A stretch of DNA of 64,000 nt. It comes from Gordius albopunctatus (Eukaryota). Every line of letters begins with the position of its first letter. The stretch's first letter is position 1. Shown piece by piece: positions 24,801 through 38,039 of the stretch. The position numbers and the translations under genes were made by a program. Location: the NCBI GenBank assembly GCA_964276515.1, contig OZ193909.1:2170001-2234000 (forward strand), given 5' to 3'. Under the pieces are notes generated by a model. The model saw nothing but the letters and a program-made list of their open reading frames with translations. It was not told the DNA's origin and made no database searches.

Positions 24801-27800
24801 GGCAGGCCTTTCGATTAAGGCACCATTTTGACAAAAGAGCGATATCCGTTCCCCCGGTTCATTCTGTAACGTCCGTTAAAAAGGCGTCATATAGTTTTCA
24901 TTAGAGCGCGGCGCCAAAATACGAAAGCGGACATTACCATGGCCGTAGCCAGCATTGGAGTTAGAGTGGGAGGAGCAAAATCATCATTTTCCCAAATTTT
25001 AGCTCCATAATTGCAATGAATTTCAGCATATTTTTGGATTTAGAGGGGGACCTCCCTTGGCTAGCACATGGACAACATTACGATATATAAAAATTAACGG
25101 ACCTAAGCAACTTAGTTGGATCTCTATTCAGGGAGAGCCTTTTTCGAAATGCGTACTTGTGCGGCAAGATCTTTCCACACGAAAGTGTGACCTTTAAATT
25201 CAACAGAATGAAGAAGCATGGGCATAGCCGGGGGGGGCGGCTGTCCCCCTCTAAATCCAAAAATATGCTGAAATTCATTGAAATTACGGGGCTAAAATTT
25301 CAAAAAATGATCTCCCTAAATCATTATTTCCCCCCTCCCCCCCCCTCCCACTCTAATTTCAATGACAATTACGCCCGTGCCCACAGCCTTTATTTAATAA
25401 TCGTCAGCTGTTCATCCGATATACTACGCAAAGAACGAGAAATCAAGGAATAGTACTTCCTTGTTTGTTCCCAAGAGTCGGGTCCACTTCCGAATCATCA
25501 CGATAAAAATGCTTCTTGGTAGCATATATGAGAGCCGAGGATCGAGACTATATGAAGGGATTTTACAATTTTCATGGCGCTTTTTGGGGGCGGATTTAAA
25601 AAACGCATCATCGTTATTGATAGGAGCTCAACGTGAAATATATGGGATTCAAAAATATCCGGATATCATTGCTTATTTTTTCACACCTTTCCTATTACCG
25701 CATTTCATAAAGCACAACTCAACCAGGGGTGTAGCCAGGATTTAGTTTTTAGAGTATTAGGAATGGGCAAAATCATCATTTTTACAAATTTTAACTTTTA
25801 AGATTTTGTGGATTGCAAGGGGGGCAGTCGCCCCCAGATGAGCTCAACCCCGAGCAAGTATGTAACAAAACTTAACTTGAACTAGCATGTAAAAAATTGC
25901 CGAACAAGAGTAAAAATAAGCTTGATCTATTAAAAAGAAAAAATGTTTGAAAAAAACGGTTGATCTGCACTTCAAAAATGTAGAAAGAGGCTAATTATAT
26001 GATTTTGAAATTCAAAGCGCGATGCCTTTCACTTTCCACTAAAATCAATATTTATAAACGCAAAATACATCCCTTAAATATATTAAATTTTAATTCATCC
26101 ATTTGTATTAAAAATGCTAAGCGTTTCACCCTTTCTAAATAATTCAATTTTAAATCAAAACTTATTAAAAAGTGCCATTTCGAATCTCAACAGTTATATA
26201 CTTTCGACTCCTTCAAATTCTAAGATTCCAAGCCTACTTTTACGACCCGGTGACCGAATTTACGATGCATTATGTAAAAAAGAGAGAGATTTGAGGAAAA
26301 CTAAGATTAAGTTACGCATCCTTACACGGGGGTGGTGTGAATGGCATTTAAGGATCAATGGATTCATGGAATGGCATCCGACCTCGGCGAAGGAAAACTT
26401 ATTTTCGGACTTTAGCCGGGTGGCGGCGTAATACCTAAGACAGAGACTAAAGGCTCCACCGACCAGAGCGTATATCAGAGCCATGCCCGTAGTCGTCACG
26501 AAAAATATATTTTCGGAATTTTACTATAAATTCCACTTTTCGACTTGAAGGGCTTCAATTTTTTGAAAAACCCCATATTACTCCCACTTTAGCCATAGCT
26601 CGAATGATAAAATTTTGACGAGTTGGCCCTAGCAGGATAGAGGTGCGCATAAATTCAATTTTCCCCGTGAAATATAATTTGTAATTTTTGCGAGAGGGGG
26701 GAAAAACTAATTTACGAAATAATATGGAATGTCGGGGAAGGTAGGCGCAAAAGTAAATATGGCAGGGGGATTCGAAAACTGAGAGCGATGATCTAATTTA
26801 CACCGCGAAGCGTCATACAATATGCATATGCAGGGCAATCATCGCTCAACAAAATTTGATAATGGGTCATACATATGGGAGTGCACACTGTAAAATTGGT
26901 GATTTCATATGTATGGGGTCGGTGGGAGAGTTGTTATATTGCTAACTTTCTTCAACTCCAGCTACCATCTGCTCCAGTTTCTGCTCCGCCTTCGAGCATT
27001 TTTACATGCTACTGCTCTGCCTAGTGCACCGAACAGCGAGCACATATTGTGCTAACGCGCATATTAAGCAACTCAGTGTGCGTGCCCGCGTCTGGAGTTT
27101 GAAGAAAGTTAGCAATTTAACAACTCTAGGTGTCGGGATAGATGTTTCCCATTATTTACTAATTTGACCACAAAAAAGTAACCGCAAACGTTTGAGCTTG
27201 TTTGTTAGGTTATCTCGACAGAGAATTTCTTTGGGAACAAAATGCGCCAAAATGCAAGAGGATGAGCAAAAATAGTAAATGTGATTTCGACCCTTTGAAC
27301 GTCCATATGCCCAAAATTTCCAGAAATTACTATAATATATGATGAGGGCTACATCCTCACTAAATCTTCTCCAAATATGAGATGGTCGCTCGAAACCGTT
27401 TTGGTATAGCATATAAAAAAGGTGAAAACAAGCTGTTTAGCTAAGTATGCCAATTCTTCGGCTTTTAAAATACTTAAACAATCACGAGGGGAAATAAACC
27501 AGGGGATAGATATTGTCACAGTCAGTCGCGTTTAACGTGAAATATATTGAAAGGTATCCTCACAGTCAAGCACTGGAAATTGCGTTGCTTTAATGATTTC
27601 GATTTTAATTTGCCCGATATCGCAAGAGAAAAGTTATCATATTTAATTGAATAAAAGTGCATAAATCAAAGGCGTTCGAAACTGGTGATGTAATTTGTCG
27701 ATTCATACGCTCGACAATGTATCAAGCAAGATACATTTATGCAATCATAAAAAAATTCCTCCTTATAAAACCTAAGCCTTTTATCGTGAGATAGCATTGG

Positions 27801-29304
27801 CCCACTTACCTGCCCCCCTCCTCCCTCATGAAATAATTTTATTTTTTAAAATTACGATGATATATAAATCTAAAACATCATAGTTTAGCTTCGAATTATT
27901 CTTCAAATAAGCCCATAAATACACGGATGAATGTACAACAAACAATGTTAAGTAGAGACCTGCGGGGCCCGCGGGCCGGACTTAGACGAGCTTCTGCTTT
28001 AAAATAAAAAACCGGACCGGGCTAACCTATCTAGCCGGGGCCGGGTCCTAAAGAGGCCAGTTTCAGGTCTCTAGCCTCAAAATTCGAGACCAAGCAATTG
28101 GAATCAAGTCAAAATCATTCATTGTAAGTTATTCTAAAACCCAGTGCAAACATTTTCGAGCAAAAAAGTATCTCGCGACAAAAAATTGGCGCGCGTTGTG
28201 AAGTAGAGAAGAGAGAGATTTCATATGTGGAAAAAACTCGACGGGGTCACGCGCACACACACCTTGGCCCCTCCTACGTCATTAAGAAAACATATTTTTC
28301 ACCTGGCTGCACACGGGCACGATCCATGATAAAATCACCCTGGAGTCCTTTAAATTCATGAGGCGTGTTATTTCAATGTAATTATCTTCTTCACCAACAA
28401 ACAACTACTATACCATATAACTTTTATGTTTAGTTCGAAACCTTTCTTTTCCCATACACATATAATACAGCAACATTTCATAGTTACAAAAATAATTGGT
28501 GTTCCATAAAAATTTTGTCGTAGTTATTTTTATATATTAGATTAGGTCGTCGCTTTTCTTGCACACCTAAAAAAATTCAAAATGTATGATTCGGGCTGGG
28601 TGGGGGCTCGACCTTGGTTATCAATTATAATTTTAAAGCCGGAGAACTGAAAATCGATAAGAATTTCGGGCATCAAAGCACGAATTTCACGGAATTCTAT
28701 TAAGCAAAACACGATTTCAACTCTATAAAATTGAATAAATAAAAAAATAACCGATGTTACGATAAATTAAATAATTTTATATAAATAAAGCAAGGAGTTA
28801 AAAAAGTTGCAAAAAAATTTACAAAGGTAATCTCAATCGGTCGAGGCACTAAAATAAAAACGGAATTTCGGCTCGGACCGGGTCGGAAAAATTAAAGCCA
28901 ACAAGCGGTCGTTAGCTAGCATGGGCGTAGCCGAAGGGGGGCAGGGAGGGGCGGATGCCACCCTATATAGTCAAAAATTTATTAAAATTATATAGTCAAA
29001 ATTTCAGAAAATGTTGATCCCCCCCCCGTGTAATTCAAATGCCGGATAAGCCCCGTGTTAGCTAGTCCTCATCCGAAAGCTAAAATTCATTTAGAAAACC
29101 ATAAAAATCGCATAGCAATTTATAAATAAATAAAATAAATAAATGGCGAATTACCGGTGATTCCAGAGATTGTTTAGAAAGATCAACGGGCGGGTGATAG
29201 GCTTGGGGGGCGTGAGACCAATACCAGGCGGTCATTCCTGCTATGGTGCTAACACCCAAGGCCCCCACGGCTCCGGCCACGTACGTTAACGTCGATTCAG
29301 GCAT
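15858..29304 (-). CDS. ACSL: Long-chain fatty-acid--CoA ligase (ACSL1/5/6 type), 16 coding exons, about 699 aa
   Basis: Exons (minus): 29155-29304, 24749-24863, 24445-24518, 23936-24037, 23460-23559, 22250-22458, 21834-21866, 21548-21670, 20378-20452, 19896-20030, 19480-19562, 18793-19102, 18093-18209, 17548-17691, 16329-16520, 15858-15995. All are GT-AG and phase-consistent, totalling 2100 nt. Motifs: N-terminal [13 protein letters not shown] (AMP-binding), SFLPLAHM gate, [46 protein letters not shown]. Confidence 0.95.
16670..17374. mobile_element. Non-autonomous TIR element (hAT-like) in ACSL intron
   Basis: 14-bp TIR TAGTGGTGGGAAAA / TTTTCCCACCACTA with repeated ACCTAAGGT subterminal motifs. 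Flanks GCTAGCA/GCCAGCA resemble a degenerate TSD. Confidence 0.7.
20679..20721 (+). ncRNA. Minimal type I hammerhead ribozyme (Penelope/retrozyme-like)
   Basis: GGCATA-CTGATGA-GCTC(TGATAG)GAGC-GAA-AACGTT-A-TATGTC. It has the complete core CUGAUGA/GAAA/UH, a 6-bp stem I (GGCATA:TATGTC with one G-U), a 4-5 bp stem II and a palindromic stem III AACGTT. Predicted cleavage is 3' of UUA at 20715. Confidence 0.85.
22990..23260 (+). mobile_element. 3' end of RTE-clade LINE (5'-truncated)
   Basis: Encodes [22 protein letters not shown] and ends in an (AAG)n-like tail AAGGAAGAAAAGAAGAAG. It is homologous to 39320-39361 plus 40816-40880 on the other strand. Confidence 0.85.
26926..27128 (+). mobile_element. 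MITE family A copy in ACSL intron 1, nested in another repeat
   Basis: Same TIR and internal sequence as other family A copies. The flanks (26879-26915, 27150-27200) match the repeat at 49420-49520. Confidence 0.88.
27953..28073. mobile_element. MITE family D, short copy (TIR TAGAGACCTG)
   Basis: TAGAGACCTGC...CAGGTCTCTA with GGCCCG/CGGGCC subterminal motifs. No TSD seen. Confidence 0.75.
28920..29057. mobile_element. MITE family B copy
   Basis: CATGGGCGTAGCC...GGATAAGCCCCGTG with a perfect TSD TTAGCTAG. Confidence 0.88.
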
Positions 29305-32300
29305 GGGAAACTAATTTAACGTTTGAAAAATATAACGTCATGAAACGGACAAAAATAGCTCAGAAAGCTTATAGTGAGTGAGTGTTGTTGAAACGGGTAG
29401 GTTTTGTATGGTTAACCTTTGGTTTTACTCGAGTAACGATTAACGGACCAAAGGTTTTTGGTCTTTTTTTCCTTAGTCGACCGCGAGGATTAGCCGAAAT
29501 TTGAAATATAGACCAGACCCAGACGAGCACTAGCTACTTAATATTCCATTATTTTATTTAGGAAACAAAACTGTATTTTATACCGAGAATTAATTAACAC
29601 GATGCATTTCCATTTTATTACCTACTAAAATTATGTATCCTCCTTAGAATCTCCGTAATCTATACAATTTTCTAAGCCATTTTAAAAATGGGATGAGGGG
29701 AAGCGATTTGTTGGCGAACTGCTTCGGTTTCGAGCATAAAATCGGTGCAACGTGCCAATGTAAAAATTTCGAAAGGAGAAAGGGATTATATTGCAATATA
29801 GTTAAATGACAAATGTGGTGTATGGTATGTGTGGTTTGGCGTTAATGAAATTGTAATGACAGACGCGGGCGGGACGCGATGGGGGGGGAGCGCGGGTTGG
29901 AGTTTGCATTAAAGATCGGGGATTTAAAAATCAGAGAATCTACGAGTTCGTGGGCGGGTGGATCTACGTGGTGTCAAAATTTTATTAGAGAGCTCTAGAG
30001 AAAATTGGAAACTTAAACTTGCTGCACCCACAAAATTTATTGGTGAAGAAAAGTGTGGAATCTCGAAAAATAGTTTTGGGATTAACAGGAATTTAATAGG
30101 CAGTATATAACATTTGTAGCTGTAGAATGCGAAAAGAAATTTTAAAACCTTGAGAAACAACTTTTATAACTAAGCATATGGCGAAGTATAAATACGTTGT
30201 CTAAATAAACAACTATACGTATTCTAAACATATATTAACCCTAAATGAGTCTGATCGTTTTTCCGCCATTTTTAAATGTGGACGGTCAAATAAGGAAAGG
30301 CTATATATAGAGATCATTGAGATTTTGGTTGATTCAGGTGCCACTTCTAAAACGCAATGACAAATTTTGAAACTATTGAAACATCAAGAAGAGCACACAC
30401 AAATAAAAATAGAGGGTAGATGGGATGTCGAAAAGCATTTAGTGCCATCTGCACTTTATTGAATAAATAATAATAATTTATTGGCATTAGTTTGTATTTG
30501 CTAATCAATGAGGAAGGTAAATTCACATTTTCTGTTTGAACATAAAAACATAAATATGGACAAAGCTTTTACAATATGAAGCACATGATGCATGACATGG
30601 GCAGTCTGTGTGTGATTATAAAGCCGTTTTTTGATAAACTGTTTACGTCGTCGTCGTAGCAATAGGTGGTCTGCCTGCCCTAATAAATACCACGTTTCCT
30701 CACCAATAAAAAATTTAGAAAGTCTACGCTTAAAATAATAAAAATTGTCATTTATCGAAATAGCGACAGTCGTAATTCGCAGGCCAGCCACATATGTGGA
30801 AGGGGGGTGTCGGATGATTGTTTTTGTCACTTCAGCCCCCGATGTGACCTTGTAAAATGTGGTTGACGAGAGGGAGAACGTAAATCAATTTTAAAAAGTT
30901 GCGGCGGGGGACCGCTCAAAGTCAATTTATCGAGTTGGCTACTACTACACTACGGCAGAAAGAAAAAGGAAACGCTTTGGCCGACCTTCAAAAGCGAAGC
31001 TTATTTCTGCAGAAAATCAAAATATGGCTGTCGAGCAGTATTGTACTCACTCGCAACAAATTTGTTGAGACTAAAATATTCCTTCCACATCTATTTCCCC
31101 ACTTTTTTTTTTAGTAAATCTTAAATTTTTCAGGAATAACTAGCCGATTCAAAGAGGCCACACTTCAATAGTAACGCCTTTGTGATCGTTGCTTGGGGTC
31201 ACAACTGACAGGGATCCCAGTTGACTGCATCTAAAGGATTATCGTTATCGAGACCTACTTTATTAAAAGACGGAGAAGGATGAAATGAATGCCCGAGGAA
31301 AAACGAAATTATCATTTTCTCAGGGGAAAGGGGTGAGCTGCTGAAAGTTGGGTTAGGGGAAGTTGACAATTATACTGATGGGTGATACATCATTTATATA
31401 AAAATTAGAACCGCGCAAAGGTTTCCCTAGCGATTATTAAAAAACCGAGTTGGACGGGAGAGGACAGACAACCAAAAACGACGTAATAAATTGTACGCAG
31501 GAAGGATTTTGGTAACAGGGTAATTCCCGTTTACATCACAAATAACGTTAATTTATGATTCCCCTTTGCCGCGCATAGCTCCCTTCTGCTAAATAAAACG
31601 AGAGTTGTTCAAGCATCGATTCCCCCCATCCCTCTCTAGGGTGGTAGAAATGAGCCTGAGCCTGAGCCGCGTTATAAGTGAGCCACGCGGCACCACGTCT
31701 ACCTTGAATTTCAGCCAACCAAGGTCACAACATCACACCCATAGACGACTAATAGACTGTTCATCCCTTAGATACTCACGCATCAAAGGTGTTGCCAAAA
31801 ACGAGCGCCATTTTGATGAGTGAATTGTGGGATTTGCATAGAGATGGAGATTGTATTGAACAATAATAATAATCATTTAATCATTACGGCGATTTTAAAA
31901 ATTCATGAAACCATATGAATCGGCCAAAATTTATGTTTCAATTAATTCAAAATGGCTGCCAAAATGTTTCGACTCAACACAACAAACAGGCGATAAAGCG
32001 GAAATAAAGTATAATTCAATCAATGGTAATATCGGAATGTGTTTTGCAAATATTTATAATTCTTAAATTTTTTTATTAATTTATTTCATCTCAACAAAAT
32101 GGGTATTCTTTTTAAAAATAGCAAATATGATTAGTTACACACACAAAAAAAAATTCAAGTACATATTAAGTTTTACTAGAATAAATGCGGTATCCGTAGC
32201 AATATTACTAAAAACCCGCTCCCTATGTAAATATTGAACTTTGTAGTCTCTTGCTTTAATTCAAACTCCTCTACCGTTTCAATCGAAGGTCGCAGCTAGG

Positions 32301-32313
32301 TTAAACAGCTAAG

Positions 32314-33656
32314 CAGAGCTGTTAAGAACTAGTTCAAAATGAACTAGTTCATAGAACTAGTTCACTTTTTTCTGAACTTAGAACTGAACTAGTTACCTTC
32401 CCAAAAATTTGAACTGTGAACTTGAACTAGTTCATTTTTTTAAGATTGAACTTGAACTATACAATGTAATTGAACTAGTTCATCACAAATATATTATTTA
32501 AAATAAATTTATAAGCCGAGTGTGTTTGCATCAACAATTTGACGTGCATTGTCTTGTCGGTAATCATACAGACACACAGTAACCGCGAATTTTTGATTTT
32601 AAAAACACAGAAATTTTTAGAAAAGATGGATACCCTTAGGGATTCGGGTATTTGCTCTGAAGTAGATAATAGGAACGAGGCAGCTCAATCTACCTTTTTA
32701 CCTTGGCCTTCAATGGAAGTATACTTCAAATATGTATCTTCAGATAAAGATTCATTCAAAGTTAAGTGCAAACTATGCACTAAAGTTGTGGCGGCTTCAA
32801 GAACCTCAATAGCCAATTTATGGAGACATATAAAGGTAATAAGAATAACTTATTATAATTTATAATATAAAATCTAGGTGTCTCACTTTCAAAAACATGA
32901 TGAGATTAAGAAGGCTGTCAAGAATAAGGCTGGAAAAAGTTGTGAAGCTAACAAAAAGTTAACACAGGCCTTAATTGACAGGCCTTTATATAACCAAAAT
33001 TCCCAAATGGCAATTAGTGCCTCAAACAACTGAAAATATCGAGGTGCATGATACACAGAATGGTTTAGATTTTTTTGATATAATACGCGAGAATTCTAAT
33101 AAAGAAACAATTGAAGACTATATTAAATTAAATAATACCTCATTTGATGTATTCGATGAATTTCCCAATCTAAAGCAAATTTTCATCAAATTTAATGTTT
33201 GCCTTCCATCTAGTGCTCCAGTTGAAAGGCTTTTAAGTCTGGGAAAGCTTATATTTGGAGATAAACGTACTTGTTTATTAAACGATAATTTTGAGAACAA
33301 TATTTTATTAAAGTCCAATTCACATCTACTTTCACATGATTTTTATTGTATATTATAATTGTATATTGTTTGTAATAAAGATTTTAAACATTGTATAGTT
33401 GATGATTTTGTTATATATGAATATTTCCTTAAATTAGATTTTCAAATATATAATAAAATAAACTATGAAATTTATTTAAAATTTTGGATAGCTCTCAACA
33501 AAAACTGATTTTAATTTAGGAAACATTTCCTAAATTGGATTAGATTTAAACTTTATCATATTTAAAAAAATGAACTGAACTTCAACTAGTTATTTTTGTA
33601 AAATTGAACTATTAACTTGAACTAGTTCGTATCATAGATGAACTTTAACAGCTCTG
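32314..33656 (+). mobile_element. hAT transposon, internal-deletion derivative (BED finger + hATC dimerisation remnants)
   Basis: TIR CAGAGCTGTTAA / TTAACAGCTCTG with a perfect TSD CAGCTAAG (32306-32313, 33657-33664). Palindromic GAACTAGTTC subterminal repeats are present. ORFs encode CKLC..NLWRH (BED) and LPSSAPVERLLS (hATC), and the DDE core is absent. Confidence 0.95.
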
Positions 33657-36549
33657 CAGCTAAGGTATTTGGAGAGAAAAAAAATATGCAATCGTTTATA
33701 AATTTTGTCATTTGATGGCTTGTGTGACCGGGCCAGGCGTATAGAATAGTTACCATTTTGAATCCCAATTCAAATTATATTATAAAAATGACATCTTGTA
33801 ATTGAATATTCATGGATGCTTTAGTCACTTTAAGGTCTAGGCTAAAGCTAATGGTAGCTAAATAGTTTCCCACCACATCTGTGTAATTAATTACAAAGTC
33901 TCGATTTATTTTTAGCTCAAAACTTTTAGCCTAATTGAATGACTAGTTAAAAGGCAATCGTAGTTTAAGGTTGTACTAAAAGGTTGATAGGAAATTTAAA
34001 TTTACTTTTACAGGGTTAGCAAATTAACATTCCATTTGTAGCATAAATTTAGAAAAATATTTAAAAATAATAAAATATAAACGTATGTGGTTTATCGTCT
34101 GCTTGAATGAGTAGTCAAGACTGTTGGTTTACTGTAAGTTATATTAGTTTAACAAGAATATACATTTAATGAAAATTTCTGAAAAGTTTTGGCTTCATCA
34201 TTTAGCAACCATGAAAGTAAAATGATAAATTGTTGGGTTGCAAAATAGCTTATATTCAAGCCAAACAAGAGTTGAAAAATGATGAAGGAATTGTGCTGGC
34301 AACTTAAATCATCAAAAAGAATGCCAATATAGCAATTTTGATCACTATTTCAATAGTACTAGATGTTTAATCATCAAAATCTTATTTTGGCATAGATGAA
34401 AAAGTAAAGACAAAACTTTTTGATTAAAATACAAAGGTTTGCAATATTTGTACAACTAATGGAATTTAATTTATCTTAATTAAGGGATGCACATGTTAAA
34501 ATAAGGCTTGCAGAGATTTGTAAATTTTAAATCATATTCATATATTAGGGTGTGCTTTCAAATACTGGAAATAGTTAATTGCTGTTCATTTTATCATCTT
34601 ATTTATAGATGGTTCTTTACATAATAAAGATTATTTAGTGATATCAATATTCATAAACAGCCTTTATCTTAATCTTTAAGGAAATAATTGTTATTAATGC
34701 CAATTGATTATTTATAAATTTTAAGATATTTAAGGTGATATTTTTATTAAATACACACTTTTAATTAATTTGCCAATTTTTCAAACATAAACAATTTGAA
34801 ATAAATTGAGTGAGAAAAAAAACTATTCCATGGTTAATGCTAATTTAAAATGTAAGCTGATATTTTCTATAATCATTTTTAAAACAAAATAAAAATTTGC
34901 AAGCCTCAAAATTATTTTATCCAAAAATTTGCATTCATTGGGAATCAGACAAAAAGGTTCACAAGTATTATTGAAGTTTAAATATATAAAGCAATTTAAA
35001 AAGCCTTTCTAATTACAAAATATATTTTAATCATGCTATAGTTAGTAAATATAATTAAACTATAATTATTGTTTATTCTTATTTGATTTATTCTTTTGTA
35101 ACCAATTAAGTTAATATAAATATGCTTACATAAATTAATGAATACTAATATGGCACGAGAATTGTAATATGATATGGCATCTATTTAAAACAAATTAACC
35201 ATATGTTATATTATTTAATAAATTTTATGATTATATTAAAATGTATTGGTAGATATGTAATGAGTTATTTTTATTATTTAAAAAGGATTAATTCACTTAT
35301 TTCAAACTAACAGTGTGACAGATTTATCTTGTATATACGCAGGGTAGTTGGGATAAAATTAATAATGAGGTTGTTTATGTTCGCAAAACCATTCTGAAAG
35401 ATAATATTTTTATGTTACAAAATAGCAAAAATATGAAGAGTTGATAATTTTGTATATTCAAAGAAATTTTTTAAAAATCTTTATGTGGCACAGATTTTTA
35501 CATTAATTTAATCATCGACTAGATTAATATTATCTAGAAATTTGTTATTCAGTAGGTGAAAGTTTGAACTGTCATATAAAGGTAAAATTATTAATATCTT
35601 AAAATTTAATATAAGTTTTTAACATTTGATTTTGCGTTCAAAATTTATTTAGTTAATTCTCTCTTTCAATTAATTTTGAATTATTAGTAATTGCCAAATT
35701 TATAATTGCTATTATGGCATTGGTAAGATGTTAAAACGTAAATATATTTATTAATGAAGCCTTGATATAAAATAGGGTATATTTCATTTAAAAAGTATAT
35801 AATGTAACTTTTATGAATGTTAGGATTTGTATGTGCATAAGAATGCCAGCAATAGGTAGGTTTAAGTGGCTACCACATAAACAATTTATAGAAATTTGAA
35901 TTTAATAGGTTATAATTATTGTTATTCATCGCAGAACGTTTTTTCTACCCTTAATCCAAGGTTAGGCTCGTGACTTTGAAATATTTGTTATTGCAAATAA
36001 ATTAAATAAAATTTTTACGTTAACGTAGCCAAAAATACCGATTGTCACCCTTGAGTTCTAGGCCTAAAAAACTTTTATTTATAAAGTCTTAAAATAAGAA
36101 GAAATTTTGTATCCAAATTAGGTTGACACTCGCTGTGAGAAATGGTTGTCAGTGTCTATATATTATTCGGGGTTTCTCTCGGAGAAAATTTTGCCTCACA
36201 CTTTATTAAAAATTGAAAAGCTTCACGCTTAAATTAAAAAATTCTAAATTGCTAAGATACCTAAAATTTTAATTAAACCTATATATATCCCCTCTCTGGG
36301 AATTTTATACTTTTTGACGGTATTTTTATCGCGATCCATTAATTACCTTATATCAGTGTTCCATTTCAACCCAAGGTCTTTGTCGTATATGTGAATACGT
36401 ATATTTGTATATCATTATCTACAGATTATATTATTGTTATAATTATATAGTTTAATATTGTAAGCCAAAATCCGAGTAAGCAGAAAAACATATGTTTTAA
36501 TCTTTTTATTTTCTTTTGTCTTAAAAACTTTGTTTTATATATACTGTAT

Positions 36550-37256
36550 TAGAGACCTGCAACGGCCCTATTTTGCTTGGTCGGCTCGCCCGCTTCAAAA
36601 ATTTCTAGGCCCGGGCCCGGCTCTGGCCCGCTGAAAAAATAAAAATTTCGCCCGGGCACGGCCCTAAACATTTTTTGCAAAACCCAGGCCCGGCCCGGGC
36701 CCGTATAAAATTTTTTTTTGCAAATTTTTAACCGATTGTTATTTTTTTATTAAAAAGTTAATTCAATATTCATTAATATATGTTACAAACATCATAAATA
36801 ATCATGTAAAAACAATAAATCGTTAATTATTTCCGGTCTTAATCGGGTTCTTCTCTCTTCTAATAAGCGACCAGCCGTCAAGTCTTACTTATAAAGTATC
36901 AATTCAAATTTCGCAGTACTTTTTGTAAATGTATGAATGAAAAGGGAAAATAAAGTGTGTTCGTGTTGCGTATTAGGACACAAAAAAATAAATTTAAATT
37001 AATAAAAAAACAGTTTAAATATAAGACGTTTGTCTTTGTTTAAGTTCTAATTATTTTAAAGTATTTATTACTACACAAATAAAAAATTAACTATTTTACA
37101 ACGAGCTTTTAACGGTCTTAGCTAAATCTAGGCCCGGCCAGCTTGATTTTTCGGCCCGCCCAAGCCCGGTCTGTTGTTTTTTTTAAAGTCCAAAGCCCGC
37201 CCATACGCGGACCGGGCTTTTCGGGCCGCCCGCGAGCCGGGCCATGCAGGTCTCTA
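36550..37256 (-). mobile_element. Non-autonomous hAT family D element
   Basis: TIR TAGAGACCTGCA / TGCAGGTCTCTA with a perfect TSD TACTGTAT. GGCCCG subterminal arrays are present. A residual transposase C-terminus (AGRLLEERRTRL) reads on minus at about 36840-36875. Confidence 0.93.
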
Positions 37257-37515
37257 TACTGTATGTCCCATCCCCTGGCCCTTAATAAATCTTTATCTTT
37301 ATATTTATTAGTATCTTTATTTCTAATAGTCTTAGTTTGTGATTAAATGGTTGAATTGCCTGGAGAAAACCTAGCTCAGATGTTAGAACATCAAAACTTT
37401 AATACAAAATAACTGATGCAGTATAAAGCACAGTTTATTATTAGCATAAAGGTACTAAAACTATGTAAATAATTTATATGTACTCCTCAATTGCTATAAT
37501 TTTCATTATAATAAG

Positions 37516-37985
37516 TAGTGATGCGGAAAAACCAAGAAAATTCTCGGTCTCGTCGACCGAGACGAGACGAGATTTTTAAAAGCTGACCCGAGACCGAGGC
37601 TAGAAAGTTGATGTCGAAACGAAACGATACGAGCTCTTTTCGGCGAGATCTCGGCTTTTTATTGATGATTAATAGTAAATTATTCTTTATTTTAAACATG
37701 ATTTACATTTATATATTAAATTTTAATCAATATGATTTGAATATATTTGATAATAAAACATCTAAGTGTACTAAATATTATTTATTGTTGCGAAAAAATT
37801 AAAATTTAGTAATTTCAGTTCATTTACCTAAGTATGGGTGGCCTTTGTTTGTGAATAATTTAATAATATATTTATCACGTATTTGTATCCATAGCTTAAT
37901 TAAATATCACATAATTTTAGGCTTAGAATGAGTTCTGAGTAGTAAATATTAAAGCATAATTTCGTTTCTCATCCTGCATGATGCG
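37516..37985 (-). mobile_element. Solitary end of the 39362-40807 element, inverted
   Basis: Starts TAGTGATGCGGAAAAACC and is the reverse complement of about 40355-40807 (diverged). GAGACGAGAC subterminal motifs are present. Confidence 0.85.
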
Positions 37986-38039
37986 ACCTGTGTGCATACT
38001 AAACATTTGATTTGAAAAGCAATAAATTTAATCAGGAGT

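Noticed and set aside
26114..26499. Overlapping ORFs in ACSL intron 1
   Set aside because: No recognisable domain, and the ACSL frame is complete without them.
33700..36250. Very AT-rich tract with short exon-like pieces
   Set aside because: No recognisable protein motif or consistent splice chain could be built by eye. A decayed element cannot be excluded.
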